Source: the human T2T-CHM13v2.0 reference genome, Homo sapiens
DNA: 64,000 nucleotides
Assembly (NCBI RefSeq): GCF_009914755.1
Contig: NC_060926.1
Reading direction: 5' to 3' (one strand)
A program made the translations under genes and the position numbers. This document shows, piece by piece, positions 16,176 to 31,616 of the stretch (its first letter is position 1; every line of letters begins with the position of its first letter). A model generated the notes under the pieces. It saw only the letters and a program-made list of their open reading frames with translations, had not been told where the DNA came from and searched no databases.

Positions 16176-17666
16176 CTGTCTTTTCCCGTAGCACCTACTC
16201 CCACCAGCTCCCTTGCCATATACCCATGTTCGAGAGAGTGATGGAATATCTGTACTGTGCTTGCTGATTAACAAACAAAATAAGTATAAAGCAGAAGAGT
16301 TTCTCAATTATCCTGCTCCCTAGATTAGTTAATGGTAGTGTGTATGAGCTTCATGTTTTTAAAAATAAAGGCCCTAGCCCCCAATATAGTCATATGAGGG
16401 GTTAGGGCTTCAAGGTAGGAATTTTGGGGAAATGTTCAGTCCATAACAAACTTCATGGATCCATAAACCTTGCTACATATTATGATTTTCTGAAATTCAC
16501 TCCATTCCTGGGTCAGAATCTCCATTGTGGAATGGGGTTTGTATTCTTGTCCTGTCATTGCTTCAGTATACTTAGAATTTCTGAGTCAGTTTGTAACTTA
16601 TTGCCCTCCAAAAATTTTTAACACTTCACTAAGTGTGGGAGAGAGAGGCAGTTTTCAGCCATATCAAATAAAGTCATGATGTTTGAATTTGAGTTGTATG
16701 TACTGTGAGGTTGTCGGGTACTACTCTTTGCTAGTGATTAAGTCCTACTTTGTGCTCATCCCTGGCATCTCACTTTTGGTATTTTAAAAAGTTTTTCAGT
16801 TTCAGTTTCTACCAAAAAATCTAATGTCTAGTACTAGAAATGCAAGTAAAGGGTTCTTACAGAAATGGTTTTTAGATGAAAAATAGTTTTGTAAATGACA
16901 TTACTTCATAGTTTTTGCTTCAAGTTTATCTAATTTGAATGCCAACTTTACTGTATTTGAGAGGTCATTTCAAAGAAAACCTATTGCTGGCATGTGTTTT
17001 TGGTCCTCAGAAAGCTGAAGCATTTAGGTAAATGCAACGGAGAAGCACGTTGTGGTTCAAGGAAAAGCTTTCTCGCTCTTACTGGTGTTCATAAAGTGGT
17101 AGAGCCTTGGAAAGTCAGGACATGTTTTACTTATTTAAGCTGAACCTTAAATAAACAGTCTCCTCCTTGAAAGGTTTTATAGCATTTGTATATTGGATAA
17201 AAGTGTGAAATAAATTGCCTTTAAAAATCTTTAAAATTCTTAGGTTCCAGTGAATTTTTTAAAATGTACAAGTTCACCTGTTTTTATATAAATCCTCACA
17301 CAAATTCAGGGTTGCACTATATAGTCAGTATGATGGGAAGATTGATTCCTTTTCTAGTCATTATATTCCATTAAAGTAACTGTGTACAAAAGTATTCAAA
17401 AATTTTGAAATGACACTTTACAATATTCCTATTCGTATTCAGCAGTGCTGCTGTGAAATCTAAACAGGTTTTTCCTTATCCAGAGGTGCTGTGATGGGAA
17501 TTCGATTGTAAAGTTCACATTATAAATTCCAATTATGTGTAGTCAAATCAACAAAGAACTTGGATGCAGGTTGTAGCATTCTTTTGCCAAGGCAAAACAG
17601 AAAATAAGGATAGTGAGGATTTGAAATAATATTTAATTTTTGATTTTTTTTTTTTTTTATTTCTAG

Positions 17667-17774
17667 AAACGGCGACTTGAACATAGTAAAAATGTAAACA
17701 CCGAAAAGCTAAGAGCCCCTATTATCTGCGTACTTGGGCATGTGGACACAGGGAAGACAAAAATTCTAGATAAG
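17667..17774 (+). CDS. EIF5B: EIF5B exon 11, G-domain G1 P-loop
   Basis: ttctag|AAACGG...AAG|gtaaga; [22 protein letters not shown]. Confidence 0.97.
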
Positions 17775-17965
17775 GTAAGAAAGTATTAAATGTATTGATA
17801 GAACTTTGAAAATAAGTGAATGGTACCTTATAAAAAAAAACTTTAGAGACCAATAGGACATATAAGCAATTCTGCTTACAATAAATAAGTTGCTAATTTC
17901 TTATTATTTTTGCTGCTATCTTTTCCATGTTCAAATACCAATCTGTATTTGCTGTCTTCTCATAG

Positions 17966-18076
17966 CTCCGTCACACACATGTACAAGATGGTGAAGCAGG
18001 TGGTATCACACAACAAATTGGGGCCACCAATGTTCCTCTTGAAGCTATTAATGAACAGACTAAGATGATTAAAAAT
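17966..18076 (+). CDS. EIF5B: EIF5B exon 12, G2/switch I
   Basis: catag|CTCCGT...AAT|gtaagt; [24 protein letters not shown]. Confidence 0.97.
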
Positions 18077-18838
18077 GTAAGTACATTGTATTTCATGTAT
18101 TTTAATCTCTGACAAAAATTAAGATATGAACTATTTCAAACATAGAAAAAGGACAGAGACTAGGATAACAGCTCCATATACTCACCATTCAGAATTAACA
18201 TGTACTATTTTGCCTATTTTGCTTTAGATCATTCTTTTTAAAGAATAAAACACTACATATTATAGGAGCTCTCACATTCCATTTCCTTCCCTCCCTCTCC
18301 CAGAGGCAGCCACTATTCCACAGTTAGTCATTTGCCTCCATGCTTTAACACTGATACCATTTATCCCCATAATTTAAAATTTTGTTTCCTTCTCTACTCT
18401 TTTCCCCTTCTAATCTAATCAATTTCTTTTCTTTTTCTCCCATATTTTTCTACTTGTTTGGAGGTATTCAGTTTATGTATGTTAAATGTAACACAGTAAG
18501 ATAAATGTAAAGCTTAAAGAATCAGTATAATACACACCACCCTTTAAGTGTCACCTTTGTTGAGCAATATAACCTTGCAAGCTGCTTCAGAAGCCCTCCA
18601 GGTGTAGCTTTCCAATCAAAGATCTCTTCTCCAGCCACAACTTTTTAAGATAATCTCTACCTTTTAATGTGTTAGGAGTTGCAAAATGTTGATACTCGAA
18701 CTCCATCAGCCATTATTGGATTACTTCTATAGAGAAACGTTACCTAATCTACTATTTGATTATTCAGTGATGGCTTATTTAGGAAAGGCAGAATTAATGC
18801 CTGATCCTTTACCTTCTTTTAACCAGCTTTTAAAATAA

Positions 18839-19054
<216 letters not shown>

Positions 19055-20164
19055 TAGTCCATTTCAGTTATTATTGTGCTGAGATAGTCCCATCTTTGCC
19101 CAGTGGTTGGCTCTTGAATCTTTCTCATACAATTCTGGTTGTCCTAGTTTTGGTTGCATTCATGCTGTCTGATATAGCAGGATGTTCCCGGCTCATGTAA
19201 TATAGAAACTACCCAGACTGAGAACTGGGCCTTGTTAATAATTCCTCAGTTTCATTATCACAGAGCAGGTGAAAGTGGTAGCTTTGGAACTGAGAAGCAG
19301 TAAGTTGAAAAACAAACAGAGCATATGTTATTATATGCTAATGTCCCCTTTTATTCCTTATTGAGTCTTAGTTCTGCATGTAAAAAGAGTCTATGAGTTT
19401 GTCTCTCCAGTTTTTGTTTTGTTTCTTTGTGACTGGGTTTTATGAAGCGTGTCTTCTAGTCAATTTCTAAGGAAGGAATTAGAAGAATTAACATTCCTTG
19501 AATTTTTGAATATTGAAGAGTTATTTTGTGGCCTTTATACTGGAAAGTCATTGGCCACATATAAAATCCTTGGTTGACATTTTCATTCCTTAAGTATCTT
19601 GTGTCCCATTTATTCTCGCATAAAGTATTGCTGTTAAGTTTGATCATCAGCTGAATTTCGTCTTTTTATAAGGCCTATGATCGTTTTACATCTTGATGTC
19701 GCTTCTGAGTTTTCCAGTTATGTGGTGTTCTATTATAATATGTAGTAGTGAATTTTTATTTTAGAACAGTTTTCTTGAATTATAGCTTTTCAAATTTATA
19801 ATTTATTTTCATCCTATTTTAAACAGTATTTCTATGTTTTAGTCACTAGAGGAGAGGGTTCATAACACCTTATTCCACCAGTTGCCAGAACTTGAACTCT
19901 CGTTGTTATTTTAGAACGTAAGGAACAAGATTATTATTAGGCCTGTATTAAAGTTCTTGGGATAACCTTTATATGACAATTGTAATTACTTACTGTTAGT
20001 ATATAAGACACTAAAGTGGAAATAATTATGGTGCTCAGTGAACCAGAATGCGGATCTGAAATGTTTTACGTTGCATTATTTTGATGTAGATCAGGATACC
20101 AAATTTTGGAAGATCATTTGAAGATTAGCAAAAAGAAAATGTAGATAAGCATAATACAAAAAGG

Positions 20165-20166
<2 letters not shown>

Positions 20167-20203
<37 letters not shown>
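20167..20203. repeat. (GT)n microsatellite, ~18 units
   Basis: Perfect dinucleotide run. Confidence 0.95.
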
Positions 20204-20206
<3 letters not shown>

Positions 20207-20808
20207 TTAGTTGGTCAGTGTTACTTTTTAGACTAAAAGGGAATGTCCAGATTAGATCTGTTGTAATGTTACTTCCATTCATTTATGTCCTTTTGTCCAG
20301 AAAGTCAAGCATTTATGACGTTATTTGAATACAACAGGGTATGCATTTACTCTTTAACACTTTTGATCAATGTGGTAAATTTACTTTAAAATGTACTTTT
20401 GGGATATATTTGAAGTCAGAATTGCTTTAAAATTGGACCACATAAATTTTCCCAATGCTGAGAACCACCTCTTGCATGTCAGATTTCTATAGAATATTTC
20501 AGATGACTGCCCTGCGATTCGTATCACCACTTACTTAATAATCTGCTCAAACTTGGACTACAGTCATAGTTGTAAGACCTTAAGAAAGGAGATATTTTCT
20601 CATTTAGTATTTTTTTGTTAAAATGCCTTTGGATTTTAATGAAAATACTGACAACTGTACTTTGCTGGTTAACTCACTGTTTCTAAAGCCATTTATATGG
20701 AAAAGGGAGTAGTGATACTTTCAGAGTTTTATGGCAAAAGGATTGTTCTGTAAAGAAGCTTTCATGTCTGACTTTCTTAAACTTTGAACTTTTCCCCATT
20801 GTTTCTAG

Positions 20809-20876
20809 TTTGATAGAGAGAATGTACGGATTCCAGGAATGCTAATTATTGATACTCCTGGGCATGAATCTTTCAG
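20809..20876 (+). CDS. EIF5B: EIF5B exon 13, G3 motif
   Basis: ttctag|TTTGAT...TTCAG|gtaaga; FDRENVRIPGMLIIDTPGHESF. Confidence 0.96.
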
Positions 20877-21429
20877 GTAAGAGCAATTTGAGTCTTTTCT
20901 CATCAAGCAATCTACTTGAAACCATTAAGTCTAAAAGTTCAGCAGAGTCATTAACCTTTGAGTAGTAATTTGATCTCTATAACTACCACTCCACCTTTGT
21001 ACCTCATTGATTTAGTAATGTTTTCTTTGAATACTTGTTTTTTATAGAGGGAAGTCTTTACTGCTTTAAAAGAGCACCCCCTTAATGTGGAATGCAGAAA
21101 ACATGCTAATACATGCCAGGCCTATCTCCTGTAAAACCCGTTACAAGTGGAATATTATGCTGTTGTCTCTTGTCCATATTCTTTAACACAGAAAACTTGG
21201 TCAGTAAAATTATTAGAAATATTAGTTGGTTCTAAAACTAGCTCATTCCACTTGAGGTCAATTCAAGTGATTGGTAGATGAGCCTTTGGCAAGTTAAGGG
21301 CTAATAGTACTTGAACAATTTAATACATATACTCTATTTTGTTTGGGTTTTACAGAGAAGTTTAAAAGTTTAAGAAAAGTATTAATTTCAAGATTTTCTA
21401 CTTATAGATCTTTTCCTTCTTTTCAACAG

Positions 21430-21571
21430 TAATCTGAGAAATAGAGGAAGCTCTCTTTGTGACATTGCCATTTTAGTTGTTGATATTATGCATGGTTTGG
21501 AGCCCCAGACAATTGAGTCTATCAACCTTCTCAAATCTAAAAAATGTCCCTTCATTGTTGCACTCAATAAG
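21430..21571 (+). CDS. EIF5B: EIF5B exon 14
   Basis: caacag|TAATC...AAG|gtatgt; [27 protein letters not shown]...VALNK (G4 motif NK|ID split by intron). Confidence 0.96.
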
Positions 21572-22524
21572 GTATGTGCGCCTTCTGAAAAATTAACCTA
21601 GGAAAACATGTTTCTTAATTTTTTGTGATTAAAAAAAGTAGTATAATTAACTTACAAGCATAGCTCATTTTATTGTGCTTCACTATATTGTGCTTCACAG
21701 ATATTGTGTGTGTGTGTGTATTTGTGTATAGTTTTTTTTTTTTAAATACAAATTGTAAGTTTGTAGCAGCCTTGCATCAAGCAAGAGTATTAAGTCTGTT
21801 GGTGCCATTTTTCCAACAGCTTGTGTTCACTTCTTGTCACATTTTGTTAATTTGCAATATTTCAAACTTTTTCATTATTACATTTGTTAGGTTATCTGGG
21901 ATAAATGATCTTTGTTATTTTAATTGATTTGGGGTGCCACAAACCACACCCCTATAAGATGGCACACTTAGTCAATACATGTTGTGAGTGCTCTGACTGC
22001 TCCAGCAACCAGCTGTTCCCTTGTCTCTTTCTCTCTCCTTGGGCCTGTTTCCTGAGACAGTATTGAAGTTAGGCCAATTAATAAGATTACAATGACCTGT
22101 AAGTGTTCAAGTGAAAGGAGGAGTCACACATAGAATATCAGTCCAGCCACAACACTCCCTTAAGCCAAAGCCTAATCTAAAGCAAGGCCCTCTCTTCAAT
22201 TCTGTGAAAGTTGAGGAAGGTGAGGAAGCTGTCGAAGAAAAGTTTGAAACCAGTAGAGGTTGGTTCATGAGGTTTAAGGAAAGAAGCTGTTTCTGTAACC
22301 TAAAGTTACAAGTTGAAGCAGCAAGTACTGATACAGAAGCTGCAACAAGTTATCCAGAAACTCTAGCTGAGATGATTGATGAAGATGGCTACACTAAACA
22401 ACAGATTTTCAGTGTAGACAAAAAAGCCTTCTATTGGCAAAAGATGCCATCTTGGACTTTCATAGCTAGAGAGAAATCACTGCCTGGCTTCAAAGCTTCA
22501 AAGGTCAGGCTGACTCTCTAGTTA

Positions 22525-22924
<400 letters not shown>

Positions 22925-23597
22925 TCATAGCATGGTTTGCTGAATATTTTAAGCCCATTGTTGAGACCAACTGCTCAGAGAAAAAGATTGCTTTCAATAT
23001 ATTACTGCTTGCTAACAGTGTACCTGATTACCCAAGCTCTGATGGAGACACACAAGGAGATTAATGTTGTTTTCGTGCCTGCTAATACAGCATCCATTCT
23101 GCAGCTCATGGATCAAGGAGTGTTTTCAACTTTCAAGTATTGTTACTTAAGAAATACATTTTATACGGCTATAGCTGCCATAGATCGAGATTCCTCTGAT
23201 GGATTTGGGCAAAAGTTGAAAACCTTTTGGAAAGGATTCACCCTTCTGGATGTTATGAAGAACGTTCATGATCCATAAGAGGACAAAATATAAACATTGA
23301 TAGGAGTTTGGAAGAAGCTGATTTCAACTCTCATGTATGACTTTGAGGAATTCAAGATTTCAGTAGAGGAAGTCACTGCGGATGTGGTAGAAAAATAGCA
23401 AGAGAACTGGAATTTGAAGTGGAACCAGAAGATGTAGCTGAATTGCTGCAATCTTAAGTAAAACTTGAACAGATGAGAAGCTGCTTCTTATGGGTGGGCA
23501 AAGAAAGTGGTTTCTTGAGGTGGAGTCTCCTTCTGGTGAGGGTATTGTGAACATTGTTGAAATGACAAAAAAGAATTTAGGATAGCAATCAACTTAA

Positions 23598-23994
<397 letters not shown>

Positions 23995-25115
23995 AATGAA
24001 TCTTTCATAAAAGGAAGAATCAGTTAATTGATGGGACAGACTTCTTTGCTGTCTCTTTTAAGAAATTGCTACAGCCACCCCAGCCTTTATGAGCTACCAT
24101 CCTAATCAGTCAGTAGCCATCAACATCGAGGCAAGACCCTCTACCAGCAAAAAGATTATGACTTGTTGAAGAATCAGGTGCTCGTTAGCATTTTTAGCAA
24201 TATTTTAAAATTAAGGTGTATACATTGCTTTTTTTAAGAAGATATAATGCTGTCACACACTTAATAGACTACAATATAGTATAAGCATCTCTTTTAGAAG
24301 CACTACTAGGAAACCCCAAAAATTGTGTGGCTTGCTTTATTGTAGTATTAGCTTTACTGCAGTTGTCTGAAACCAAACCTGCAGTATCTCTGAGTTACGC
24401 ATGTATAAGAAAATGCACCCCATGCTAAGTGTTTAATTTGTTTTGACAAATTTACAACCACTGTCATTCAGAACATAGACCATCTCCATATTTCCAGAAA
24501 AGTTCTCTCATGTTACTTTGCAGTCATTCTGCTGCCCTCCCTAAACTCAAGCTAGTATTGATCTTTCTGTGTCATATGGACTAGTTTTGCCTGTTTTATG
24601 ATTTCATATAAATGGAATCATATAGTATGTAATTTTTTAAGTTTGGCATTTTTTGTTACTCATGTTATTATGCTTTGTTCATGTTGTCATTACATGTATA
24701 AAGGGTTTTTCCTTTTTATTTTTGAATAGTAGTCCATTATCTGAATAATACTGCACTTTATCCATTTATCTGTTGAGAATTCTAGTTCCTGCATATCTTT
24801 GCGAATACTCGCCCTACCTCCAGCATTCTAGTAGGTGTGTAGTTGAGTGCAAAATTATTGTGGTCTAGTTTGTTTCCACAGTGACTAATGGCTTTATGCA
24901 TCTTTTCATGTACTTATGCTTAGAGAGATGACCATATCTGTTTCTTTGAAAAATATGTTCAAAATCCTTTGTTCTTTATTAGATTGTTTTATTGTTGAGT
25001 TTTAAGAGTTCTTTATACTTCTGGTTCTATGTATATAATTCCTTTTTCACTTGTATGTACTGCTGATGTATTCTTATGGTCTGGGACTTGGTTTTTCATT
25101 TTCTTTGTTTTGTTT

Positions 25116-25118
<3 letters not shown>

Positions 25119-25155
<37 letters not shown>

Positions 25156-25494
25156 GGAGACTGTCTCTTGCTGTGTGTGTGTGTGTTTTTTTTTTTGGAG
25201 ACCATCTCTTGCTGTTGCCCAGGCTGGAGTGCAGTGTGGCGCACTCTTGGTTAACTACAACGTCCGCCTCCCAGGCTCAAGCGATTCTTGTGCCTAAGCC
25301 ACAGGTAGCTGGGATTACAGGCATGCACCACCACACCCGGTTAGGGTTGTTTTTTTCTGGGGGGCGGGGGGGCGGTGTGTGTGTGTGTTTTAGTAAAGAT
25401 GGCCAGGCTGGTCTCAAACTCCTGGCCTCAAGTGATCCACCGCTTTGGCCACCCAAAGTGCTGGGATTACAGGCGTGAGCCACCACGCCCAGCC
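25119..25494 (-). mobile_element. Old Alu (J-like) with (GT)n tracts in tail and linker
   Basis: Diverged dimer; GT runs at 25119-25154, 25173-25186 and 25375-25388. Confidence 0.85.
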
Positions 25495-25564
25495 TCCTTT
25501 TCTTAATAGTGTGTTTTGAAGAGAAGAAATTTCTGATTTTGGTGAAATCCAACTAATTTTTATA

Positions 25565-25918
<354 letters not shown>

Positions 25919-26489
25919 TAAATTTTTCTCTGGTGTTTCCAGATGTTTAATAGTTGGAGCTTTTTTTACATTGAGATCAGTGATCTTTTTTTTATATAGT
26001 GTGAGGTCAGGGTTTACTTTTTTTCCATAGAAATATTTTGTTATTTAAAGACTCTTTGCTGAAAAAATTATTTTTTTCCCCATGGAATTAGTTTGGAATC
26101 TTTGTCAATAATTAATTGACCATATATGTCTGTTCCTAGAATTTATCTTTTGTTCCATTGCTCTATATACATTCCTATGCCACTACTACCCTGTCTCATT
26201 ATAGCTTCATAGTAAAGTTTTGAAAGCTGGTAGTGGTAAATCCTTCAACTTAGTTTTCTTTATATTGTTTTGGCTATTTTAGGTCCTTGGATTTCAATAT
26301 AAAGTTTTCAGTCAGCTTGTTCGTTTCCACAAAAAGCCTTTTAGGATTTTGATTGGGATTGCGTTTCAATCTGTAGATAAATTTTGAGAGAATTGGCTCT
26401 TTTAGCAATATTGCATCTTTTGATCAGTGAGCATGGTATCTCTGTACATTTACTTAGTCCTCTTTACCATTTTTAAAAATTATTTTTCA

Positions 26490-26622
26490 TTTTATTTATT
26501 TTTTTAAATAGAGACGAGGTCTGTGTTACCCAGGCTGGTCTCGAACACCTGGGCTGAAGCAATCTGCCCACGTCAGCCTCCCAAAGTGCTAAGATTTAAG
26601 ACCTGAGCCACCATGCCTGGCC
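26490..26622 (-). mobile_element. Alu monomer/FLAM
   Basis: Single monomer. Confidence 0.75.
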
Positions 26623-28367
26623 AGGCCTTCTTTACTTTCTCTTGGCAATATTTTGTAGTTTTATTGTCCACATGTTGGACATATTTTTCTGAATTTATCC
26701 CTAAGTATTTCATGGTTTAATGCTATTGTAAATAGCATGAAAACTTCTTAAATTTCCAGCTGTTTATCACATTTACACTCAGTTTGTATCTTGTGACCTT
26801 GTTAAATTCACTGATTAGGCCTAGTATCTTCTTTTGTAAATAATGTGAGTTTTTCTAAGTATGTTGTTATGTTATCTGCTTATAAATGCAGTTATGTTTT
26901 TTTCCCCTTACCTATATGCTTTCTACATCTTTTTCTTCTTTATTGTACTAACTAGACCTTCTAAATAATGTTGAATAGAAGGAATGACAGTAGACATCAT
27001 CCTTTCCTTATTCCTGATATTAAGGGAAAGTGCTCAGTCTTTCACCCTTAAGTATGATGTCAGCTGCAGGGTTTTTGTTTTTTTGGTTTTTTTGTCAATG
27101 CCCTTTATTAAGTTTGAGGAAGTTTCCTTCTATTCTAGGTGGTTTAAAGTGCTTTATGTTTTTATTTCTTTAATCATGAATGGTTGTTGATTGTGTCAAA
27201 TTCTTTTCCTGCGTATGTAGAGATGTTCATGTGGATTTTCTCCTTCATTCTGTTAACAACATAATTACTGTTGAATTTTTAGAATGTTAAACCAACTTTA
27301 CATTATTAAAATAAACCCTAGTTGGTTGTCATTTGTTATCCTTTTGATATATTGCTAGATTTGATTTGTAATGTTTCATTGTTGTTTTGTGTCTATGTTC
27401 ATGAGTGATATGAGTATGTAGTTTTCTTGTAATGTCTTTTATCTGGTTTTCATATCAGAGTAATGTTGGCCTCCTAAGACGAGTTGAGAAGTGTTTCCTC
27501 CTCTGTTTTCTGAAAGAATGTGCAGGAATTGGATTATTTCAAAGAATTAGCTTTTGGTTTTATTGATATTCTTTTCTAATATAAGCATTTAAAAGTGTTA
27601 ATTTCTAATTACTAGTTAGACATGTTTTTATTATTTAGCTTTACAAGCTTCAGGCTTTTCCTTTAAAGGTGTTGAGCATGTTTATAAATATTCTAAGGAC
27701 CTCATATGCTAATTTTAACATCTTCGTCATTTCCTACTGATTTGTCTCCTTAGTAGCATTCAGATTCGTCTGATTCTTTATTTTGTCACCCTAGACTCTG
27801 TCCCCAGACAGATTATGCTTTTGATTGTTTGTTTGGCTAGCAAGTATTTTTCATTTCTTCTATGCTCATTTATCTCTCATGTTGAAAAGTGAGGGAAAAT
27901 AGATTCTGTCATTAACAAAACAGATTTAATCCTAATTTGAGCAATAAAATAATTAAAATAGGCTGTTCCCTTAGAAAATATATATTTTTTAATTTTTTGG
28001 TATATAATTTTATAGTGATGGTACTTGCTGGGATTGATTGATTTGTTACAAAAACTGTTTCGGAATTCCAACAATATACATTAATAGTCTTAGGATAATT
28101 CTAGGATGTTATCTTTTGCAAACAAATGGCAGCCACTTAGGAACTCATGGAGGCTGACAGGGGCAGCATGGCACCACAGCAGTTTCTAATTTAAGAGCAG
28201 GTGCCGATAAGCAGTCTGAAAGGAGCTTTTGGTACAATAAAGTGTATGAGTAAGTCACACTGTTCTGTATATATGAGACACACATGAGGAATTTTCTGGA
28301 GCTATTAATACAGTTCTTGAATGTTCTGAATTTTTTAGAGATCTTTCTCATGAAAAAACTTTTTCAG

Positions 28368-28499
28368 ATTGATAGGTTATATGATTGGAAAAAGAGTCCT
28401 GACTCTGATGTGGCTGCTACTTTAAAGAAGCAGAAAAAGAATACAAAAGATGAATTTGAGGAGCGAGCAAAGGCTATTATTGTAGAATTTGCACAGCAG
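28368..28499 (+). CDS. EIF5B: EIF5B exon 15
   Basis: tttcag|ATTGAT...CAG|gtaaga; IDRLYDWKKSPDSD...EFAQQ. Confidence 0.96.
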
Positions 28500-28868
28500 G
28501 TAAGAAGGCCTTCCTTCTTTCTGAAGAGCCTATCTCAGAATATGTATTATATTATCTTTATAATGAAGTCAGCATTTTCATTAATACTGGTTCTTTTCCT
28601 CTGTTGACAGCAATTACTTTTTTTAAATTCTTCTTCCCTTTTCTCCTTTTTCTTTGCAGTCTGAATACTTTAATTTAGAAAACTGAGTTGACTTAGAACT
28701 ACTTTGCTATAATACAGTTAATGCTTATAGGATATACATGATCATTTTTAGTGTTTATGAGGAGTTTCAAAATGATGAGCCATTTGCTCATCCGGCTTCT
28801 AGTGAGGCACACCTATTCCAGATACGTTTTCTTTACAGCCTGGCATTTTGGATGATTTTTGCTCCTAG

Positions 28869-29051
28869 GGTTTGAATGCTGCTTTGTTTTATGAGAATAA
28901 AGATCCCCGCACTTTTGTGTCTTTGGTACCTACCTCTGCACATACTGGTGATGGCATGGGAAGTCTGATCTACCTTCTTGTAGAGTTAACTCAGACCATG
29001 TTGAGCAAGAGACTTGCACACTGTGAAGAGCTGAGAGCACAGGTGATGGAG
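28869..29051 (+). CDS. EIF5B: EIF5B exon 16, G5 motif
   Basis: tcctag|GGTTTG...GAG|gtaatg; GLNAALFYENK...PTSAHTGDG...AQVME. Confidence 0.96.
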
Positions 29052-29193
29052 GTAATGATCAACTTTTCAGTTTATTGTTTTTTTTTTTTTTAAAAATAGC
29101 AAGTTCCTTGAGTGGAGGATATTTACTACTTTTAGATTTAATGAACATGGTGCATTGTATGTATGTCTTTCTCTTTGCATTAATGCCTTTTAG

Positions 29194-29355
29194 GTTAAAG
29201 CTCTCCCGGGGATGGGCACCACTATAGATGTCATCTTGATCAATGGGCGTTTGAAGGAAGGAGATACAATCATTGTTCCTGGAGTAGAAGGGCCCATTGT
29301 AACTCAGATTCGAGGCCTCCTGTTACCTCCTCCTATGAAGGAATTACGAGTGAAG
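29194..29355 (+). CDS. EIF5B: EIF5B exon 17, domain II
   Basis: ttttag|GTTAAA...AAG|gtatgc; [24 protein letters not shown]...ELRVK. Confidence 0.96.
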
Positions 29356-29610
29356 GTATGCTGAGGTGGGAAGCATTGACACGTGGGGACTTGTACAGTG
29401 TTTAGAAGTTCTGCTGAGATGGTTTCCTCACTTTGAAAGCTGTTTGACTTAATACAGAACACATACATCCCTCGCTCTCCCTTTTATTTTAGTTGTCATC
29501 ATACAGGAAGGCCTGTCTGTCAGAGTAGAGATGTGTGAAAGTACCTGCTTACCAGACTGGGCCTTTGCCAGATTCTAAACTACACTGTTATGGTTCTACA
29601 CTGCTAAATA

Positions 29611-30039
29611 CGGTTGACTCTTGAACAACATGAGGGCTAGGGGCACTGACTCCCTGGCCAGTTGAAAATCCACATATATTTTTTGACTCCCCAAAAACTT
29701 AACTCCTAATAGCCTACCATTGACCAGAAGCCTTACCAATCACATACACAGTCGACTAACATGTTTTGTATGTTTTATATATTACATACTGCATTCTTAC
29801 AGTAAAACAAGCTAGAGAAAAGAAAACGTGATTAAGAAAATCATAAGGAAAATAGATTTACTATTTGTTAAGTGGAAGTGGATCATCATAATGGTCCTCA
29901 TTCTCATCTTCATGTTGAGTAAGCTGAGAGGGAAGAAGGAGAGGGGTAGGCCTTGCTGTGTTTGGTGGCAGAGGCAGAAGAAAATCTGAGTATAAGTGGA
30001 CATATGCAGTTCAAGCCCATTTTGTTCAAGGGTCAGCTG
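29611..30039 (-). mobile_element. Tigger2a/MER28-type MITE
   Basis: TA flanks; TIRs CGGTTGACTCTTGAACAA / TTGTTCAAGGGTCAGCTG; internal sequence matches recalled consensus. Confidence 0.82.
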
Positions 30040-30377
30040 TAGTTTTTTAACATTTTTAATTGTGAAATAAAACATTGCTCCTGAAAAGTACACACAACAT
30101 AGAAGAAAAGTTTAACACATTTTTGGGAAGCAACCAGATGGAGAATCAGAACGCTGCTGGCACCCAGAAGCTTCCTGTGTGCTTCTTCCTGATCAACTCC
30201 CCTGCCTTCCCCTCCTACCCCCTGACCTTTCATAGAGTTAACCATGGTTGCATTTTATGACAGTAACAAATATCCTTGCTTTGCTTTGTTTTTGTGTCTA
30301 AGAGTACTTCCCTTAGAAGTGTCTGTAGACTTTATGTAGAAATGGAGTTATTCTCAGTGTGTACTTTTATAGCTGGC

Positions 30378-30673
30378 TCTTTTTTTTTTTTTTTTTTTGG
30401 TGATAGGCTCTCACTGTCACCCAGGCTGGAGTGCAGTGGTGCAGTCACAGTTCACTGCAGCCTCAACCTCCCCGGGGTTCAGGTGATCCTCCCACCTCAG
30501 CCTCCTGAATAGTTGGGACTATAGGTACGCACCACCACACCTGGCTAATTTGTTTACAGATGGGACTTTGTCATGTTGCCCAGGCTGGTCTTGACCTCCT
30601 GGGCTCAAGCAATCCACCCACCTTGATCTCCCCAAAGTGCTGGGATTATAGGCATGAGCCACCATGCCTGGCC
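30378..30673 (-). mobile_element. Alu (J-like)
   Basis: Poly-T plus diverged dimer. Confidence 0.9.
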
Positions 30674-30799
30674 TATATCTGGCTTCCTTTAGTGAAAAAA
30701 AAAAAGTATATAATTTTAAGATTTCTATTCCATTGTGTGACTATATCACAACATATCTATCTGTTCTGTTGATGGGAAATGTAGGTGATCTCCAGTTTT

Positions 30800-30989
30800 T
30801 TATGTTTATTTTATTTTATTTTATTTTGAGATGGAGTCTCAGTCTGTCATCCAGGCTGGGATTACAGGTGCACGCCACCACACCCGGCTAATTTTTGTAT
30901 TTTTAGTAGAGGTGGGGTTTTGCCGTGTTGGCCAGGCTAGTCTCGAACTCCTGACCTCAGCCTCCCTAAGTGAGCCACCGCACCCGGCC
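30800..30989 (-). mobile_element. Alu with three internal deletions
   Basis: Both termini present but body only ~165 nt. Confidence 0.85.
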
Positions 30990-31616
30990 CAGTTTTTGAT
31001 TTTTGTTGTTACTAATAATGCTGCTGCTGTGAACATCTCTTGATGTGTTTGTGCCAGTTTCCCAGGGTATGTATACCTAGGAGTGAAGGCCACACTTGTC
31101 TACAGTGGGTGTAACAAATTATATTCTCAACTGCAGTATTTTAGTTTCATTGTTTTACAGCTTCATCAGTTCTTGGATGTTAGGTTTTAAATTTTTTTTG
31201 CCATTCTGCTAAGTGTGTAGCTCATTGCCGTTTCAGTGTGCATTTGCCTAATTGTTAACCTGGTTGGTCATTTAAAAATGTTTATTGGCCATTTATTTCC
31301 TCCTTCGTGAGATGTACATTTTTCTTCTGCATTATCTTTCTTACAGATTTATATGCGCTTATATATTCAGGATACCGGTTTGTTAGTTGGTGTGTTTTGC
31401 AATATCTTCTACTCTTGTGACTTTTTTTTTCCTGTGGTATTTTGAGAAATGGAAATATTTAATTTTAATGTTAAATTTATCAGTCTTGTGATTATTGCTT
31501 TTTGTGCCTCGTTTAAGAAACCTCTCTCTAATATCATGATGAGATTCTCTTATATCATCTTCTACTGCTAACCACTTTTAAAGTACATTTGGTAACAAAT
31601 GTTTTTATCTCTGTAG

